From positions 25,544,001-25,608,000 of the forward strand of contig NC_043000.1 of assembly GCF_006345805.1 (NCBI RefSeq): a stretch of 64,000 nt of DNA. Direction: 5' to 3'. Below are positions 25,105 to 38,399 of this stretch, one piece after another. Numbering within the stretch: position 1 is the stretch's first letter; every line of letters starts with the position of its first letter. Under the pieces are notes generated by a model, which worked only from the letters and a program-made list of their open reading frames with translations, did not search any database and was not told the DNA's origin. Source of the stretch: Octopus sinensis. Taxonomy: Eukaryota. Both the position numbers and the translations under genes were made by a program.

Positions 25105-25136
25105 TGACATTATGAACAGAATTCATTAATTTTTAA
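25105..25136 (-). other. Candidate 32-nt exon containing an ATG (MNSVHNV..)
   Basis: Acceptor TCTTTCATTCCAG, donor CA|GTGAGT. Confidence 0.25.
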
Positions 25137-25544
25137 CTGGAATGAAAGACTGATAAAAGAGTTTTTTTTTTTAAATAATTAAAAATGAAATATTTCTTCC
25201 AGATGATTAAGTTTCACGATTTAAGTGTAACAAAACTGAATTATCAGATTGAATATTAGTGGTTTCTTCACAATGGCATTTATGCATCACTTTCGGGATG
25301 AGAAGATCTTTAGAAAATTGATTGTGACAAACTAAAAGAATTGCTAAAGCAAGCCAGGTACAACGAGCAAGAAAATAATGATGGATTCTATTAGCATTTA
25401 TATTTGGAAGTCTCTCTTTTTTTATTCTTGATAAAGGGCATGTTGCCTGAAACATAGGACCTCTTTCTTTATTCTGGGTAATTATTTTGTTACCATATTT
25501 TCACTGGAATATATTGTCTTTGTTTCAATTAACTTTGAAAACAC

Positions 25545-26533
25545 ACCAGCATCGGTTGTCAAATGATGCTGGGATGACAAACATATACACATACATACAT
25601 ATATACGACAGGCTTCTTTCAGTTTCGGTCTACCAAATTCACTCACAAGACTTTGGTTGGCCCAAGGCTATAGTAGAAGGCACTTGCCCAAAGTGCCATG
25701 CAGTGGGACTGAACCCAGAACCATGTGGTTGGTAAGCAAGCTACTTACCACACAGCCACTCCTACACCTATATACAAATATATATATCATCATCATCATT
25801 TAACATCCGCTTTCCATGCTGGCATGGATTGGACGGTTTGACTAAAAACTGGTAAGCCAAGGGTCAGCACCAGGTTCCAATCTGATTTGGTAAGGTTTGT
25901 ATGGTTGGGTGCCCTTCCTAATGACAACCACTCAGAGTGTAGTGGGTGCTTTTTACATGTCACCGGCATGAGTGCCATTGACCTGACACAGTCTTCAGTC
26001 ACAACTACGGTCTCACTTGCCTTGACAGGTCTACTCAAGCATGGTATATTGCCAAAGGTCTTGGTCACCTGTCACTGCCTCCAAGAAGCCCAACAATCGA
26101 ACAGTGCTTTTCACATGCCACCAGCACAGGTGTCAGTCAGATGGCACTGTATATATATATATATATATATAGGCGCAGGAGTGGCTGTGTGGTAAGTAGC
26201 TTGCTTACCAGCCGCATATAGTTCTGGGTTCAGTCCCACTGCATGGCACCTTGGGTAAGTGTCTTCTACTATAGCCTTGAGTGGTAGACCAAAATTGAAA
26301 GAAGCCTATCATATATATATGTATGTGTATATATGTATGTGTGTGTGTGTTTGTCCCCCTAACATCGCTTGACAATCGATGCTGGTGTGTTTACGTCCCC
26401 ATAACTTAGCAGTTCGGCAAAAGAGATCAATAGAATAAGTAATAGTCTTACAAAGAATAAGTCTTGGGGTCAATTTGCTCAACTAAACGTGGTACTCCAG
26501 CATGGCCACAGTCAAATGACTGAAACAAGTAAA

Positions 26534-26535
<2 letters not shown>
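25545..26535. mobile_element. Cluster: SINE A (-, 25545-25770), RTE tail (-, 25790-26148), SINE A (+, 26171-26535)
   Basis: Family motifs as above. Confidence 0.85.
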
Positions 26536-26571
<36 letters not shown>

Positions 26572-26572
<1 letters not shown>

Positions 26573-26765
26573 AGCACACCAGGTAAAATACTTAGCGGTA
26601 TTTCGTCTGTTTTAATTGTTCTGAGTTCAAATTCCACCAAGGTTGACTTTGCTTTTCATCCTTTCGGGGTCAATAAATTAAGTACCAGTTGCATACTGGG
26701 GTCAATTTAATCAACTGCCACCCCCTCCACAAAAATTTCGGGCCTTTTGCCTAGAATAGAAAAGA
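26572..26765 (+). mobile_element. SINE family B, tail type 1
   Basis: Core motif and tail TTTCGGGCCTTTTGCCTAGAATAGAAAAG. Confidence 0.8.
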
Positions 26766-27906
26766 ATATAAATAAATATATATATATATATACCAGGTGG
26801 TGCTATTAAGTTAGACATGGCCTGGGCCAATAATGGCCGAAAAGTATCAAAGTATCAAAGTATATACATACATACAGTCTCCCTCAACCAAATTCTCTCA
26901 TAAGGTATTGGTCAGCCCTGGGCTATAGTACAAAACACTTGTCCAGGGTGCTGTGCAGTGGGACTGAACCTAAAATTATGTGGTTGCACAACAAGCTTTC
27001 TAACTGCACAGCGGTGCCTAAAGAAAATGCAAAACAGAGAAAAAAAAGACACAAACGAAACAAATAATTAGAAAAATTGATTGGACATTTTCCTTTTTCT
27101 CTTTTCTTTCTTTGATATTCTATAATATATTGCTGAATCGGTCCTCCTCAGGTTAGCAACTGAAATCTTTTGATGCATTGTCCAGTGCCATTTCAGCCCC
27201 AAATCAGAGATGACCTTCCAAGTGGAAGGACCACAGTTGTTTTTAGCTTCAATGGCCACAAATTGAAATATGTATTTATCGAATGAACTTAATTGGTTTG
27301 ATGTACTTTGATGACTTTCATGTGTACAGCCTCAATACTTTGGTCCACTGCACACTCAGTCATGGGAGACCAAGCGAATGCATTAACAACTGTTGTTCCA
27401 AATAAACTCAGTTTCCAAGGAAAAGATGTCTTTTATTTGAGATTCATTTGCTCCAGAATACTTGCAACTCTGGGTTTGGACAGGATATAATTATATTACT
27501 GACTTCTGTGTCTTGTTAATCTATTACCATTATGTTTGCAAGACATAAGGCAGCAAGCTGGCAGAACTATTGCTTAGTGGCATTTCTTGTCTTTACTTTC
27601 TGAGTTTGAATTCCGATGAGGATGACCTTATCTTTCATCAAGGCACATACTATCAGTAATTACTCAGGGTAGGCAGTTGGTGACATTTATGCAGTAAAAC
27701 ACACACAAAAAAAAAAAAAAAATTGAAACACAAGTGCGCGACTGAGTTGAAGGCAGATTTACTTCTGCCTTTATAGCATGTAAAGAAAACGTTGTTGTAG
27801 GAATGTATGCAGCATGTGTACTACAGGAGTACTGTATAGAGTTTTAATACTGAAATTAAAAGGCAGGACTGAATTATGCCTTCCTAATATATAAAAAAAT
27901 AAGATA

Positions 27907-28292
27907 TAGGTGCAGGAGTGGCTGTGTGGTAAGTGGCTTGCTTACCAACCACATGGTCCTGGTTTCAGCCCCACTGCATGCCACCTTGGGCATGTGTTTT
28001 CTACTATAGCCTAGGGCTGACCAACGTCTTGTGAGTGGATTTGGTAGACGGAAACTGGAAGAAGCCCATCGTGTATATATGTGTGTGTGTGTGTGTGTAT
28101 CTGTGTTTGTCCCCACAACATTGCTTGACAACTGATGCTGGTGTGTTTACGTCCCCGTAACTTAGCGGTTCAGCAAAAGACACTGATAGAATAAGTACTA
28201 GGCTTACAAAGAATAAGTCCTGGTGTCGATTTGCTCGACTAAAGGTGGTGCTCCAGCATGGCCACAGTCAAATGACATAAACAAGTAAAAGA
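27907..28292 (+). mobile_element. SINE family A, full
   Basis: A-box TGGCTGTGTGG, module and tail. Confidence 0.88.
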
Positions 28293-28315
28293 TGGTGTAT
28301 CATATTCGTAGGTAT

Positions 28316-28568
28316 CTGTGGTTCTGAACTAGGGGCCATAGGACCCTAATGGGGTCCACATAAGATTTTGTTAAAATTTATGTCCAATAAACTGGTTATA
28401 TACTTCTACACTGCACAAAATATTTTAAACAATTTTTAATACAATTTCTAATAATATTTAATTATAAAAATAGGAATTTTCAAACATTGAACAGCTCTGC
28501 AGGTCCATGCAAGTATAAAAGAAAACAAAGGGATCCATATGAAAAAAAAAAAAGGTTGGGAACCACTT
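28316..28568. mobile_element. hAT/Charlie-like MITE, degenerate
   Basis: Ends CTGTGGTTCTGAAC / GGTTGGGAACCACT; internal similarity to 42778-44208. Confidence 0.55.
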
Positions 28569-29138
28569 CAATAAACAAACCATCAGCCCTCTCACAAGCA
28601 ATGTCAACCATGATCTCTGATTCACATTCAGCACAAGAAGGGACTCATGTACCAACCAACCAACCCCCTTCTAATTGATGATTCAACTGTTATGGAAGAC
28701 CGATAAGGTTAACTAGTGATAAAGTCAGTGGGGAAGACAGAAAGTAAGGTGAAGAGAAATCGTGGGCCAAATGAAATTTCAGACTTCCATATCTTACAGG
28801 TAAGTTTGCTTACAGTTAAGACTCTCATATCTTACAGGTAAGATACTCTGGGTCCAGACTAGATCAAACGAACCATGTTGGTAATGGAGGAGGAAAGAAA
28901 ACAAAAAAAGCAATCCAGTGCCAAGGAATTCAAGACAGACAACTGATTGGTATTAAAGGTTAGAGTGTGAGGGACGTTATTTCAAAACAGGAAGGAAACC
29001 TGGGGCAGTTCAGCTGTCAGGTGTGACAAAGAAAATATTTTGTTGTAGATTAAAGGTGATAAGGTCACGGAAGTAAGGGAAGTCTTACTTATTTACTGAT
29101 TGCAAACCACAGCACACGGAGATCAGAATCGAACCCCT

Positions 29139-29293
29139 GGATCCGCGGTGACCGGTCATAAAATCACAGGGAAAAAGTCATCAATAAAAAAGACAATATT
29201 TTTGGTTAGGAAAAAAAGACACAATTTATGGGATCCAGACAAAACCCCCGTGACTTTTTTCCTAGCATTTTTTTCTTACCTGGATTGGGATCC
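29139..29293. mobile_element. Possible small MITE with GGATCC ends
   Basis: GGAAAAAGTCA / TGACTTTTTTCC inverted motifs. Confidence 0.35.
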
Positions 29294-30364
29294 ACGAAGC
29301 CCCTGGCAGCTTCCTGGTGTGCCCACCCCTTAAGACAGTATTGCACCTAGGGTAGCATTGCCAAGGAATTACAAGCTATTCTGTAACTTTGCTAATTCCG
29401 AGCAAGGAAAGTAGGACCTTCACTCCGAGGGGTTTCCTTGTTTCATCTCTACTCCCAAAATTCAGACGAATTTTGGGTTTCGGGTTTAAAAAATTCAGAC
29501 GCAAAGGTATTCTAAGTTTTGTGAGTGAAAAAGCACTGTTAGAAACTATATGACAGCTCGTCTAATAGCCTGAATCTTTAATTCGATGGAACTGCTTAGT
29601 CATTCTGTGCCAAGCTGATTCTAAATGAGGATTCAGTTAAGGGAAAAGTCAGTCGCTTTCACTATAATTAAGTAGGTAGTTTTATTGACTGAACCGTTAA
29701 ATTATTCATCCATATCTTATCGTACAGAAATTTATTTAATTTCAAACGACTCTTCTTTTGCTTTATCAATCAATTAATTAATTTAGTTAATTACGCATGA
29801 ACTCTCTTAGGAGGGGATATTACGCGGGAAACAACTCCTATTAATCTCCGCAACAGTGAACTTCATTCTCCACCACATTTCTGTGCAAAACAGTTCGATA
29901 TTCTTAATAGTAAATAACCGTAATAACGAGGATAAAAATAATTGTTTCTTTTCTTGGTCACAGAAGCCCTTCATATACGGCACAAAACATTTTATATAAG
30001 ATAATCATGCAGATGTGCAGAGAATGTACATATGTAATTAACAGGAAAAAAAAGGGGGGAAATAAAGAGAGAACAACGTAATACAGGGGGGAAAAAATAA
30101 TATCGATATAAAAAATAATGATAATAAACAAGAGATACATAAATATAACAGCAGATACTGTGAAAGAGGAGCCAGTTTCTAGAGAAATATCAATAAAATC
30201 AGCTGTCAGCCTATATATATATATATTATATATATATATACAAGCAATGCTACTGTGACTACGTTTTGCGTAAAAGTTGAGTGTTATGTAGATAACGAAG
30301 TAGTATCTAAGAGTATAATACTTGTTGCTTCGTTTGGTTCCAACATCGCTGTGTCTGAAAGAAA

Positions 30365-30905
30365 ACAGATGCGAGTGAGATGGAGAGAAAGAGAGGAGTA
30401 GAGATAAGAAAGAAGACAGGGAGAAAAGTGAGCACTACAGATGGATAAGTAAGGGAGAGTGAAAGGGAAAGAGGCGAGAGAGGAAGAGCAAGGCAGAGAA
30501 GTATAGTTGAGGGAGAAGAGAGAAAGAAAGAGAACTATAGTAGAAGAAAAGAAAGAAACCTATGGTTTACGAAGAGTGGGTGAGAGGGAGAGAAAGACAA
30601 ACGATAGTTGAGGAAGGAGCAAGAGAGAGAGAGATAGAGATAGAAAGAGGAAGTACAAAAACAGAATTTAGATGAGGATGAAGTGCAAGAGTGAGAGAGA
30701 AAAAGGAAGAGACAGTGGAGTATAGTTGAAGAAGAATCGCGAGAGAGGCAGAGAGATTATAGTCGAGGAGGAAGAAAGAGAAGAAGAGAGAGAGTGGAGT
30801 TGAAGAAGAATCGTGAGAGAGGCAGAGAGATTATAGTCGAGGGGGAAGAAAGAGAAGAAGAGAGAGAGAGTGGAGTTGAAGAAGTGAGAAGGAGAGAGAA
30901 GCTAC
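30365..30905 (+). repeat. Purine-rich (GA) tract with 74/76-bp tandem duplication (30725-30874)
   Basis: Direct reading. Confidence 0.9.
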
Positions 30906-30929
30906 TTGTTGATACAATAATTAAGCAGC

Positions 30930-31058
30930 CGTGAAAGAAACGCTTGACTTCTTTTGTTTTCCCTCCTTTTGCCCTCGTGCTGTTGACGTGTTTAAAATAG
31001 CTATTTCGTAATTCATTCAGTTTGGCACTGTGTATGGGACAGATCTTGCCAGGTAAGA
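30930..31058 (+). promoter_or_regulatory. Candidate first exon end with 5' splice site CAG|GTAAGA at 31052/31053
   Basis: Strong donor after CpG-containing unique sequence; possible ATG 31034 (MGQILP). Confidence 0.3.
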
Positions 31059-32450
31059 ATTTCAAATCTATTTACAAAATCACGGAAAAGAAGTACATAA
31101 TTCTTTAGTTTTAATAATATTTTTTTCCCCCACCACCATATTTTTTTCTCTTACTTTCTCTTACGTTGCCACTTTTCACCCTGCAAAATGTTTATACTAC
31201 CTGTAACACCTTTACATTCTTCCCCCCAGCAATTACGTAACCACCCCTCTTTTCTTTTCTCTCTCCCTCTCTCCCCTCCTCATTACTTATAGGTGTTTAT
31301 TTTTGAAACGTTCCACACGAAGCTTTGGTAATGTCGAAGCATAACGTACCGTTTTCACTTTCAACAAGTAGCTTTCCTTTCAGACCCGCAAAGAAATGAA
31401 TGAGACCAATAATAATTATTATTTTAAACGAACAAATATTATATTGTTATAACAATAATAAATTTAAACAAAGAGTAGAAACGTTGTCCGCGTATAAGCC
31501 AATGCTCAATCACTGCCAAGCTCATATCTATAATTTGCAGCAAATCAAAGTCTTTTTACATTATGGTATACAAAATTAGTGAAATAAATAATCATCGAAC
31601 GCATTTTTAATAACTGTAGCAAAAAAGAACTGCTAAATAGTTGATGCCCCCACTCCAACCATAATGAAAATTGTTTTTGCGAAAGAGAAAGGGTACTCTA
31701 AACTCTAACATCACCATAAGCATTTTATTTTTCCTCGCTACTCATTTTGTGCTTTTCGTAGCAAATACCTGTGTTTTTCTTGTATATCTTTTGTTTACTT
31801 GTCTGTTCTATTTTCCCATTTATTCTCCACCGACCGTCCTTGGCGTGGGGGGGGGGTATTTTTACGACAAAATTATTTTGTATATGTTTATTGTTAATAT
31901 TATTATTGTCGTTGTTTCGCAAAGGAAAAGTGAAGAGAATGTGTGCGCGCGCGTATGCGTGAGAGAGAGAGAGAGAGAGCATGCATATCTGAAAGAAATG
32001 CATAAATTATGCAATGAAAATACATCTTTGTACAAAGTACCAAAGTCTTAGTTCTAATGCGTGCGCATATATAAATATATATATATATATATAGGCGGTG
32101 CTCCAGCATGGCCGCAGTCAAATGACTGAAACAAGTAAGAGTATATATATATATTGTGTGCGTGTGTGTGCCTATATATGTATGTATATTTGTGTATGCA
32201 TATATATATGTATCTACTTGTAGGTACTTCTTTGCATATGTACATATATATATATATATACACACTTATATATATATATGTATATTTGTATATGCACATA
32301 TAGATGTGCATAAGTATACATTTAAATGAAATGCTACCCCATTTTTGTATATCTCAAAAGATTGCAAAATAATTGTCAATGTTTTCATTTATTTTCAACT
32401 GCCTTTTGTTTATATATAAAACAACCTGTTCATAAACATCTAACCATTTT

Positions 32451-32485
<35 letters not shown>

Positions 32486-32835
32486 GTGTTATATATACTC
32501 AGTGTGCCATTTACGGTACAGCCTCCCACCCCTATTAAATGTAATTCCCTATTTTGTTCCATTTTCAACATGATTTCTTAGTCCCCATTATTCTGAATCT
32601 TTAGCAGTGATCGATGCGTAATTCCTCAACTTCACAAACATATTGAAACAGTTTCACAATCAGTATTCTTCACTCGGCGGCCTTCAATCTTTATTCCACA
32701 CCCCTCCAGATCATCACTGCTGCAGCAGTTAGTTTTTTTGGTTCAAGACTTTCGGACGTCACCAATTCCATCTTATCTCTTTTTTCAAATTCGTACTTTT
32801 TCTCAATTTTTTAAAGCGACAGGGTCTGATAAGTG

Positions 32836-34110
32836 ATTTGGCTGTTATTTTTAGCAGGCTGAGCGACCATATAGTGGCTCCTTCTCCATTGACTCATTCC
32901 TAAGTGCTGTTGTTTAGCCCTGGATCAGTCCTGATTGAACAGCCTTATGATCAAAGCCTTAAGATTAACGACGTTCTGGCAGTGACCAACCCGCTAATTT
33001 GTATATACGCTTTTTACTTGTTTCAGTCATTTGACTGTGGCCATGCTGGAGCACCGCCTTTAGTTGAGCAAATAGACACCAGGACTTATTCTTTGTAAAT
33101 CTAGTACTTATTCTATCGGTTAGTTTTGCCGAACCGCTAAGTTACGGGGACGTAAACACACCAGCATCGGTTGTCAAGCGATGTTGTGTGTGTGTGTGTG
33201 GGGGGGAGCAAACACAGACACACAAACATATACACACGCACATACATACACACACACACACACATATATATATACGACGGGCTTCTTTCAGTTTCCGTCT
33301 ACCAAATCTACTCACAAGGCTTTGATCGGCCCTAGGCTATAGTAGAAGACACTTGCCCAAGGTGCCACGCAGTGGGACTGAACCCGGAACCATGTGGTTC
33401 GTAAGCAAGCTACCTACCACACAGCTACTCTTACGCCTATCAGGACTACATTGTCCAAAATGTCCTTTCTCTTGTTTTCATGCGGCGAGGGAGATTTGGC
33501 TACCATTTTTAGCAGGCTTAGCAACCACATAGAGGCTCTGTCTTCATGGACTCCCTCCAAAATATTGTTACCGCTCTTGTTTCGCCCTTAATCAGTCCTC
33601 ACTGAACAGAACCCTGATCAAAGAGATTCCAGTTGTGACTATCCTGTTAATTCGCATGTCAGGACTACATTGTCCAAAGCTTCCAATAATAGGTTGTGTG
33701 ATGAGGAAATTTGGCTGCTATTTCTTACTGACCAAGCGACCACTGGAGGAGCTTGCACAGCCAGTCTTCTAATATATTGCGTATGACAGACTGTCCATGG
33801 TATCGCCTACATAGTATCATACCTGTCATTTGTCATCTCACCTGGCGGCTGTTCAACGTGCTGGATATAGCAACCAAATCTCCTTCAATTCACACTCTAG
33901 TCTTAACTAAAAGGGGGATTCGTTTGACAAAGTAGTACCTGATATATATTAAAAAAAAAAACTGGATGATCACATCTGGAACACATCTGATCCAAAGCCT
34001 ACTTGATCGAGGCTGACCTGGGGCTATTTAACAACACCAAGTCTTCGAGCCAGCCAAAGAGGAAACCTCTACATGGTCGCTAAATCTGCTAGAAATAGTA
34101 ACTAAATCTC
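32836..34110. repeat. Unclassified interspersed repeat (ATTTGGCTGCTATTTCTAGCAG...TGATCAAAG), several degenerate copies, interrupted by SINE A (-, 33012-33438)
   Basis: Motif recurs at about 9500, 32840, 33495, 33710, 34085, 46025, 60980-61250, 63865. Confidence 0.6.
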
Positions 34111-34652
34111 AGTAAATTCACCCGTTTCATCATATTATTACAGAGGGAAGGATGCATTAGTAAATGCAGTTCTAAATACTCTTAAAAGACGAGATGGTCT
34201 CGGTTGGAACACCTCTGATTATAAGTTCTACTCGATCCAGGTTTATCTGTGGCTAAACTACAATAACCACATTGATTTTTTTTCTATTCTGGCAAAACAA
34301 AACGACAATCGCTTTGGTGGGTCAAAGTTTGTTTATTCCTCGATCGATTTCTGGCGATCGAATATTTCATGTGATTGGCTGAAATGGAAAAGGTTGAAGA
34401 TTCAACTGAGTTCAGTGTAACAATAACCGCCTGTTTTTACTACTACTACTACTACTACCACCACCACCACCGCTACTACTACTACTACTAGTGGAAGTAT
34501 GTTTGCATATATATATATATATATACACATTTATACACATATATGTACATACATGCATATATATGTATGTGTGTGTATATATACACACATATTTATATAC
34601 ATATCTGTATGTTTGTATGTATAGGTATATATGTGTATATCTATACGCGCGC

Positions 34653-34696
<44 letters not shown>

Positions 34697-34888
34697 CATA
34701 TGTGAAATACTATGCGACATGATTTCTTGATTTATTAGAATTAACTCCGTCTCTGACGGATGCATTGCAATTACCACATTGTAATTAAGGTCAGTTCTAC
34801 TTGAGAATGAGAGATTATCTCAAGAATCAGGAACTGTTCAAAGTTGACATGCCTTGAAAGAACTGGACCGGCTTATTGTCTGGAGGTA

Positions 34889-35106
34889 AATGGACAATCT
34901 TGGACAATTGTTTCTGGCTCAATAGCTTTCATTTGTGGCTTAATAGACTTCATCAGTATATATATGTATGTGCATATATATGTGTGTTTGTGTGTGATTA
35001 TGTATATATGTGTGTTTGTATTTGTAGCTTATAAACGTGTCAATCCTACCCAATACGTGCAAAGAGTTCTTATTGGATTTCTGATCTTCCCAGCTCCATA
35101 CGAGGC

Positions 35107-35141
<35 letters not shown>

Positions 35142-35494
35142 TTTGTGTATTAAAGCTACCATTGGTTTCATGTGAAGGAAATACTAAACGATTTTTCAAG
35201 CCAATCACATAGAAAAAACGTTGAGAATTTCCTTCACATGAAACCAATGGTAGCCTTAATACACAAAGTGTGAGTGTGTGTACCTCATATGGAGCTGGGA
35301 AGATCAGAAATCCAATAAAAACTCATTGCACGTATATGGGTAGGATGGACACGTTTATAAACTATACATACAAACACATATATATATAAACACACACATA
35401 TATATATATATGCACATACATATATACTGATGAAGGCTATTAAGCCACACATGAATGCTATTGAGTCAGAAACACGTGTCCAAGACTGTCCATT
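34889..35494. repeat. Long inverted repeat (34889-35182 / 35227-35494), 44-nt spacer, hammerhead core boxes in both arms
   Basis: Arms are reverse complements with microsatellite length differences. Confidence 0.92.
35427..35480 (+). ncRNA. Hammerhead-like motif lacking a recognisable stem I (mirror copy 34903-34956, minus)
   Basis: CTGATGA-A-GGCT...AGTC-A-GAAAC-ACGT-GTC; palindromic stem III. Confidence 0.45.
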
Positions 35495-35553
35495 AATAAA
35501 TAAACTTTATCCACCAGTGCGGCGTTGAGCATTCCTCGTTGTTTTATAGTTAC

Positions 35554-35595
<42 letters not shown>

Positions 35596-35639
35596 AGGTG
35601 AAAAAGTTGGTGTGTGAAAGCACGTGGTTGGATGTATAA

Positions 35640-35978
35640 AAAATAGAAAAGAGTGAAAAAACTACAGAAGGCTTGTTTTATAAGGTTAAAGAATAAATTT
35701 AAGTCGTTATGTTAGAAAAATGTTATAAAATTTTGTGTATAACCGGTTTCGTATATTCTTTTCAAATTTCTTTATCTACATCGTGTCATGTCTTTGTTAA
35801 GTAGTGCAAAGCTTTGCACTACATAACACAGACATGACACGATGTAGGTAAAGAATATACGAAACCGGTTATTTCTCCAAAAACTGTTATTATACACAAA
35901 ACATTTTTCTAACATAACGACTTAAATTTATTCTTTAACCTTATAAAACAAGTCTTCTGTAGTTTTATCACTCTTTTC

Positions 35979-35984
<6 letters not shown>
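35640..35984. repeat. Spacer-less palindrome centred on GTAGTGCAAAG|CTTTGCACTAC (35811/35812), flanked by (TA)n
   Basis: Arms of about 170 bp with small indels. Confidence 0.9.
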
Positions 35985-36029
<45 letters not shown>

Positions 36030-36185
36030 AATTAGAAACAGAATGAACGACCAAAATATATGATTTAGAGCGATTAATATATAATTTAAACTTAGTGCAG
36101 AGTAGTTTTAGTAAATACTTAGTCTTTTATAGGTGTTTCTAGAATAGCTAAGCACGAGGAACATATTTTACATATCGTGTATATA

Positions 36186-37431
36186 TTGGGTTGACCAAAA
36201 AGTCCGTTCGGTTTTTTAAACACTAAGCGATATATTCAATCAATGAAATAATAACCATTTCGTTCCAGTATCATCTGCCATTTTGTGGACAGATCCATTA
36301 TCCCCTGCTCAGGGAATTTCCTGTCTTTAGTGACGAAAAACTCTTCCAGGTGAATTGTTAGATCCTCCACAGAAGTGTAGGTCTGTCTATTCAATTAAAT
36401 TTGAGAAACAGACAGAAACCTGAAAGTGCAAGGTCGGGCGAATATGGAGGGTGCAGTGAAACGTCCCAGTCAAGCTCCAGTAACTTCTGGCGCGTCTGCA
36501 AAGAAGTATACGATCTGGCATTGTCGTGATGAAAGACAATGCCCTTAATATTAGCAAGTGTCGGGCACTTCTGGTGAATGGCTGTGTTTAATTTGACCAA
36601 CTGGTCACAGTACATACCCGAATTTATGATCCTATCCATTGGAAAAAGCTTGTAATAGACAACACCCTTCAGATCCCATCAAATTGAAAGTATGACCTTT
36701 GGGCGAACCCCTGCATTGGAGGTTGTTTGTGGTACTTCGCCGCACTTACTCTATGATCGCTAGCGCTTCACATTGATATAGACGATCCATTTTCGCCCCC
36801 TGTCATCATTCTCTTCAAAATAGGACCATTTTCTTCATGTTTCTGCAACGAATCGCAGATGGAAATACGTTGGGCCAAGTTAGATTCATTCATCTACTGT
36901 GGGACATTGAGCCTGCTGACACAACCAAGTTGATGCAGATAGTTTATAACATTCAATTTGGATATTTTGGGAATATTTGCAATCATCCTGGTCGTATAAT
37001 GAGGTTTTGTGTTGCTGTTATTCTCATTTGGCAGGCCTGAGCGCGGTGCACCTTGAACCGAAAAATTTCTTTATCGATGTCTTGAAAACCACTTCTGGCA
37101 CACACGTTCCGTAATAGCATCTTCTCTGTACACAGCTCATATCTTCCTACAGGTTTCGGTCGCTTTCTTGCCCTTTTTCTTTTCTTTTTCTCTTTTTACA
37201 TAGAAAAGCACGAGGTATCGATAATGATCATCGTTTTGGTTCTTCATGTTCAGTATGATCCCAGGCACACAAAATATAACCAACCTGTTTCGTCACAAGT
37301 TTTTGTCGAACTGCGTTAAAGTGTCAAGTATCTAACGAGTGCCCATGCGCAAGGGACAGACGTTAGCTTCTTATTAGGGTGCTTGAAGTTCTGTGTCGAC
37401 AAAAACCGAACAAACTTTTCGGCCAGCCCGA
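36186..37431 (-). mobile_element. Near full-length decayed mariner (about 1.25 kb)
   Basis: TIRs TTGGGTTGACCAAAAAGTCCGTTCGG / CCGAACAAACTTTTCGGCCAGCCCGA; FHHDNARS and HPPYSPDLA motifs. Confidence 0.92.
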
Positions 37432-37999
37432 TGTGAGTGCGTGCGTGTGTGTGTGTATGTACATAAACGTTTATTTTTGTGACGAACACGAGAAAAGGTA
37501 TTCAATACAAATACATTTAACGTGCTTGTCTGATGCGTTGGGCATTGTTATTCAGATTTCCCTGTACACACACACACACACAGAAATATGAGACAGTGAG
37601 ATGAGATTATTCACTCTATCATTTCTGTCACTATTCCAGCTAAACCTTGTCGATACCACTTTTTTTTTCTCCGTCTCACATGATGCACTGTCTTCAAAAA
37701 TTTCCTATTTAAGAGAAAGAAAAAAAAAAAAAAACCTCTGGAACATCATTTCTCTGAATTTTCCGTCACTCTAGTAATTAACCTAACGTTCAGACTGAAC
37801 GATCGTATTAATTTCCTCCAGTTAACTCTGTACCTCGGTCTAGAAAGGCCCAGATTGTCTCTTAAATTTTCTAATCAATGAAAAAAAATCGCTTACGTGT
37901 GTGTATATAGTACAACTGCATATACATTTCTCTGTCCGGGTGGTATCCAGGTCCACTTGTGCGCAAGAGTAATCCCACATGCATATCTAGAATCACATA

Positions 38000-38399
38000 T
38001 CTCTCTATATATAAACGGCAGTTTGTCTGTCTGTGTGGCTGTCAGGTTGTACCCTCACCCTGACCACGGCTTTCAACCGATTCTGATGAAACTTGACACA
38101 CACATAGCCCAATGTCATAATTCAAAACTAACGCAGCGAAAATTTTGAAAAGTTCCCCCAGTTCTGAAAAAAATCGATAAATTCGACATGGGGTCGAGAA
38201 TCTAAGCTTTTTATATGCAACACATTTTCTGTCGGGAGACAGCTAAGAACATCGTATACACAGAAGTATTCGAGTGAAGAGAAGACATAGCAATCTACAC
38301 ATGCGCCTTCGTTCCCTAGAGGGAAAGAACTAGATTGGGATTAGTCGTTGCCTACTAGGGGCTCTTACATACTCGGGCAACGCCGGGCTATGCTGCTAG
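38000..38399 (+). mobile_element. Non-autonomous Helitron
   Basis: A|TC start (TCTCTCTATATATAAA), subterminal hairpin CTCGGGCAACGCCGGG, CTAG|T end, no TSD. Confidence 0.85.
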
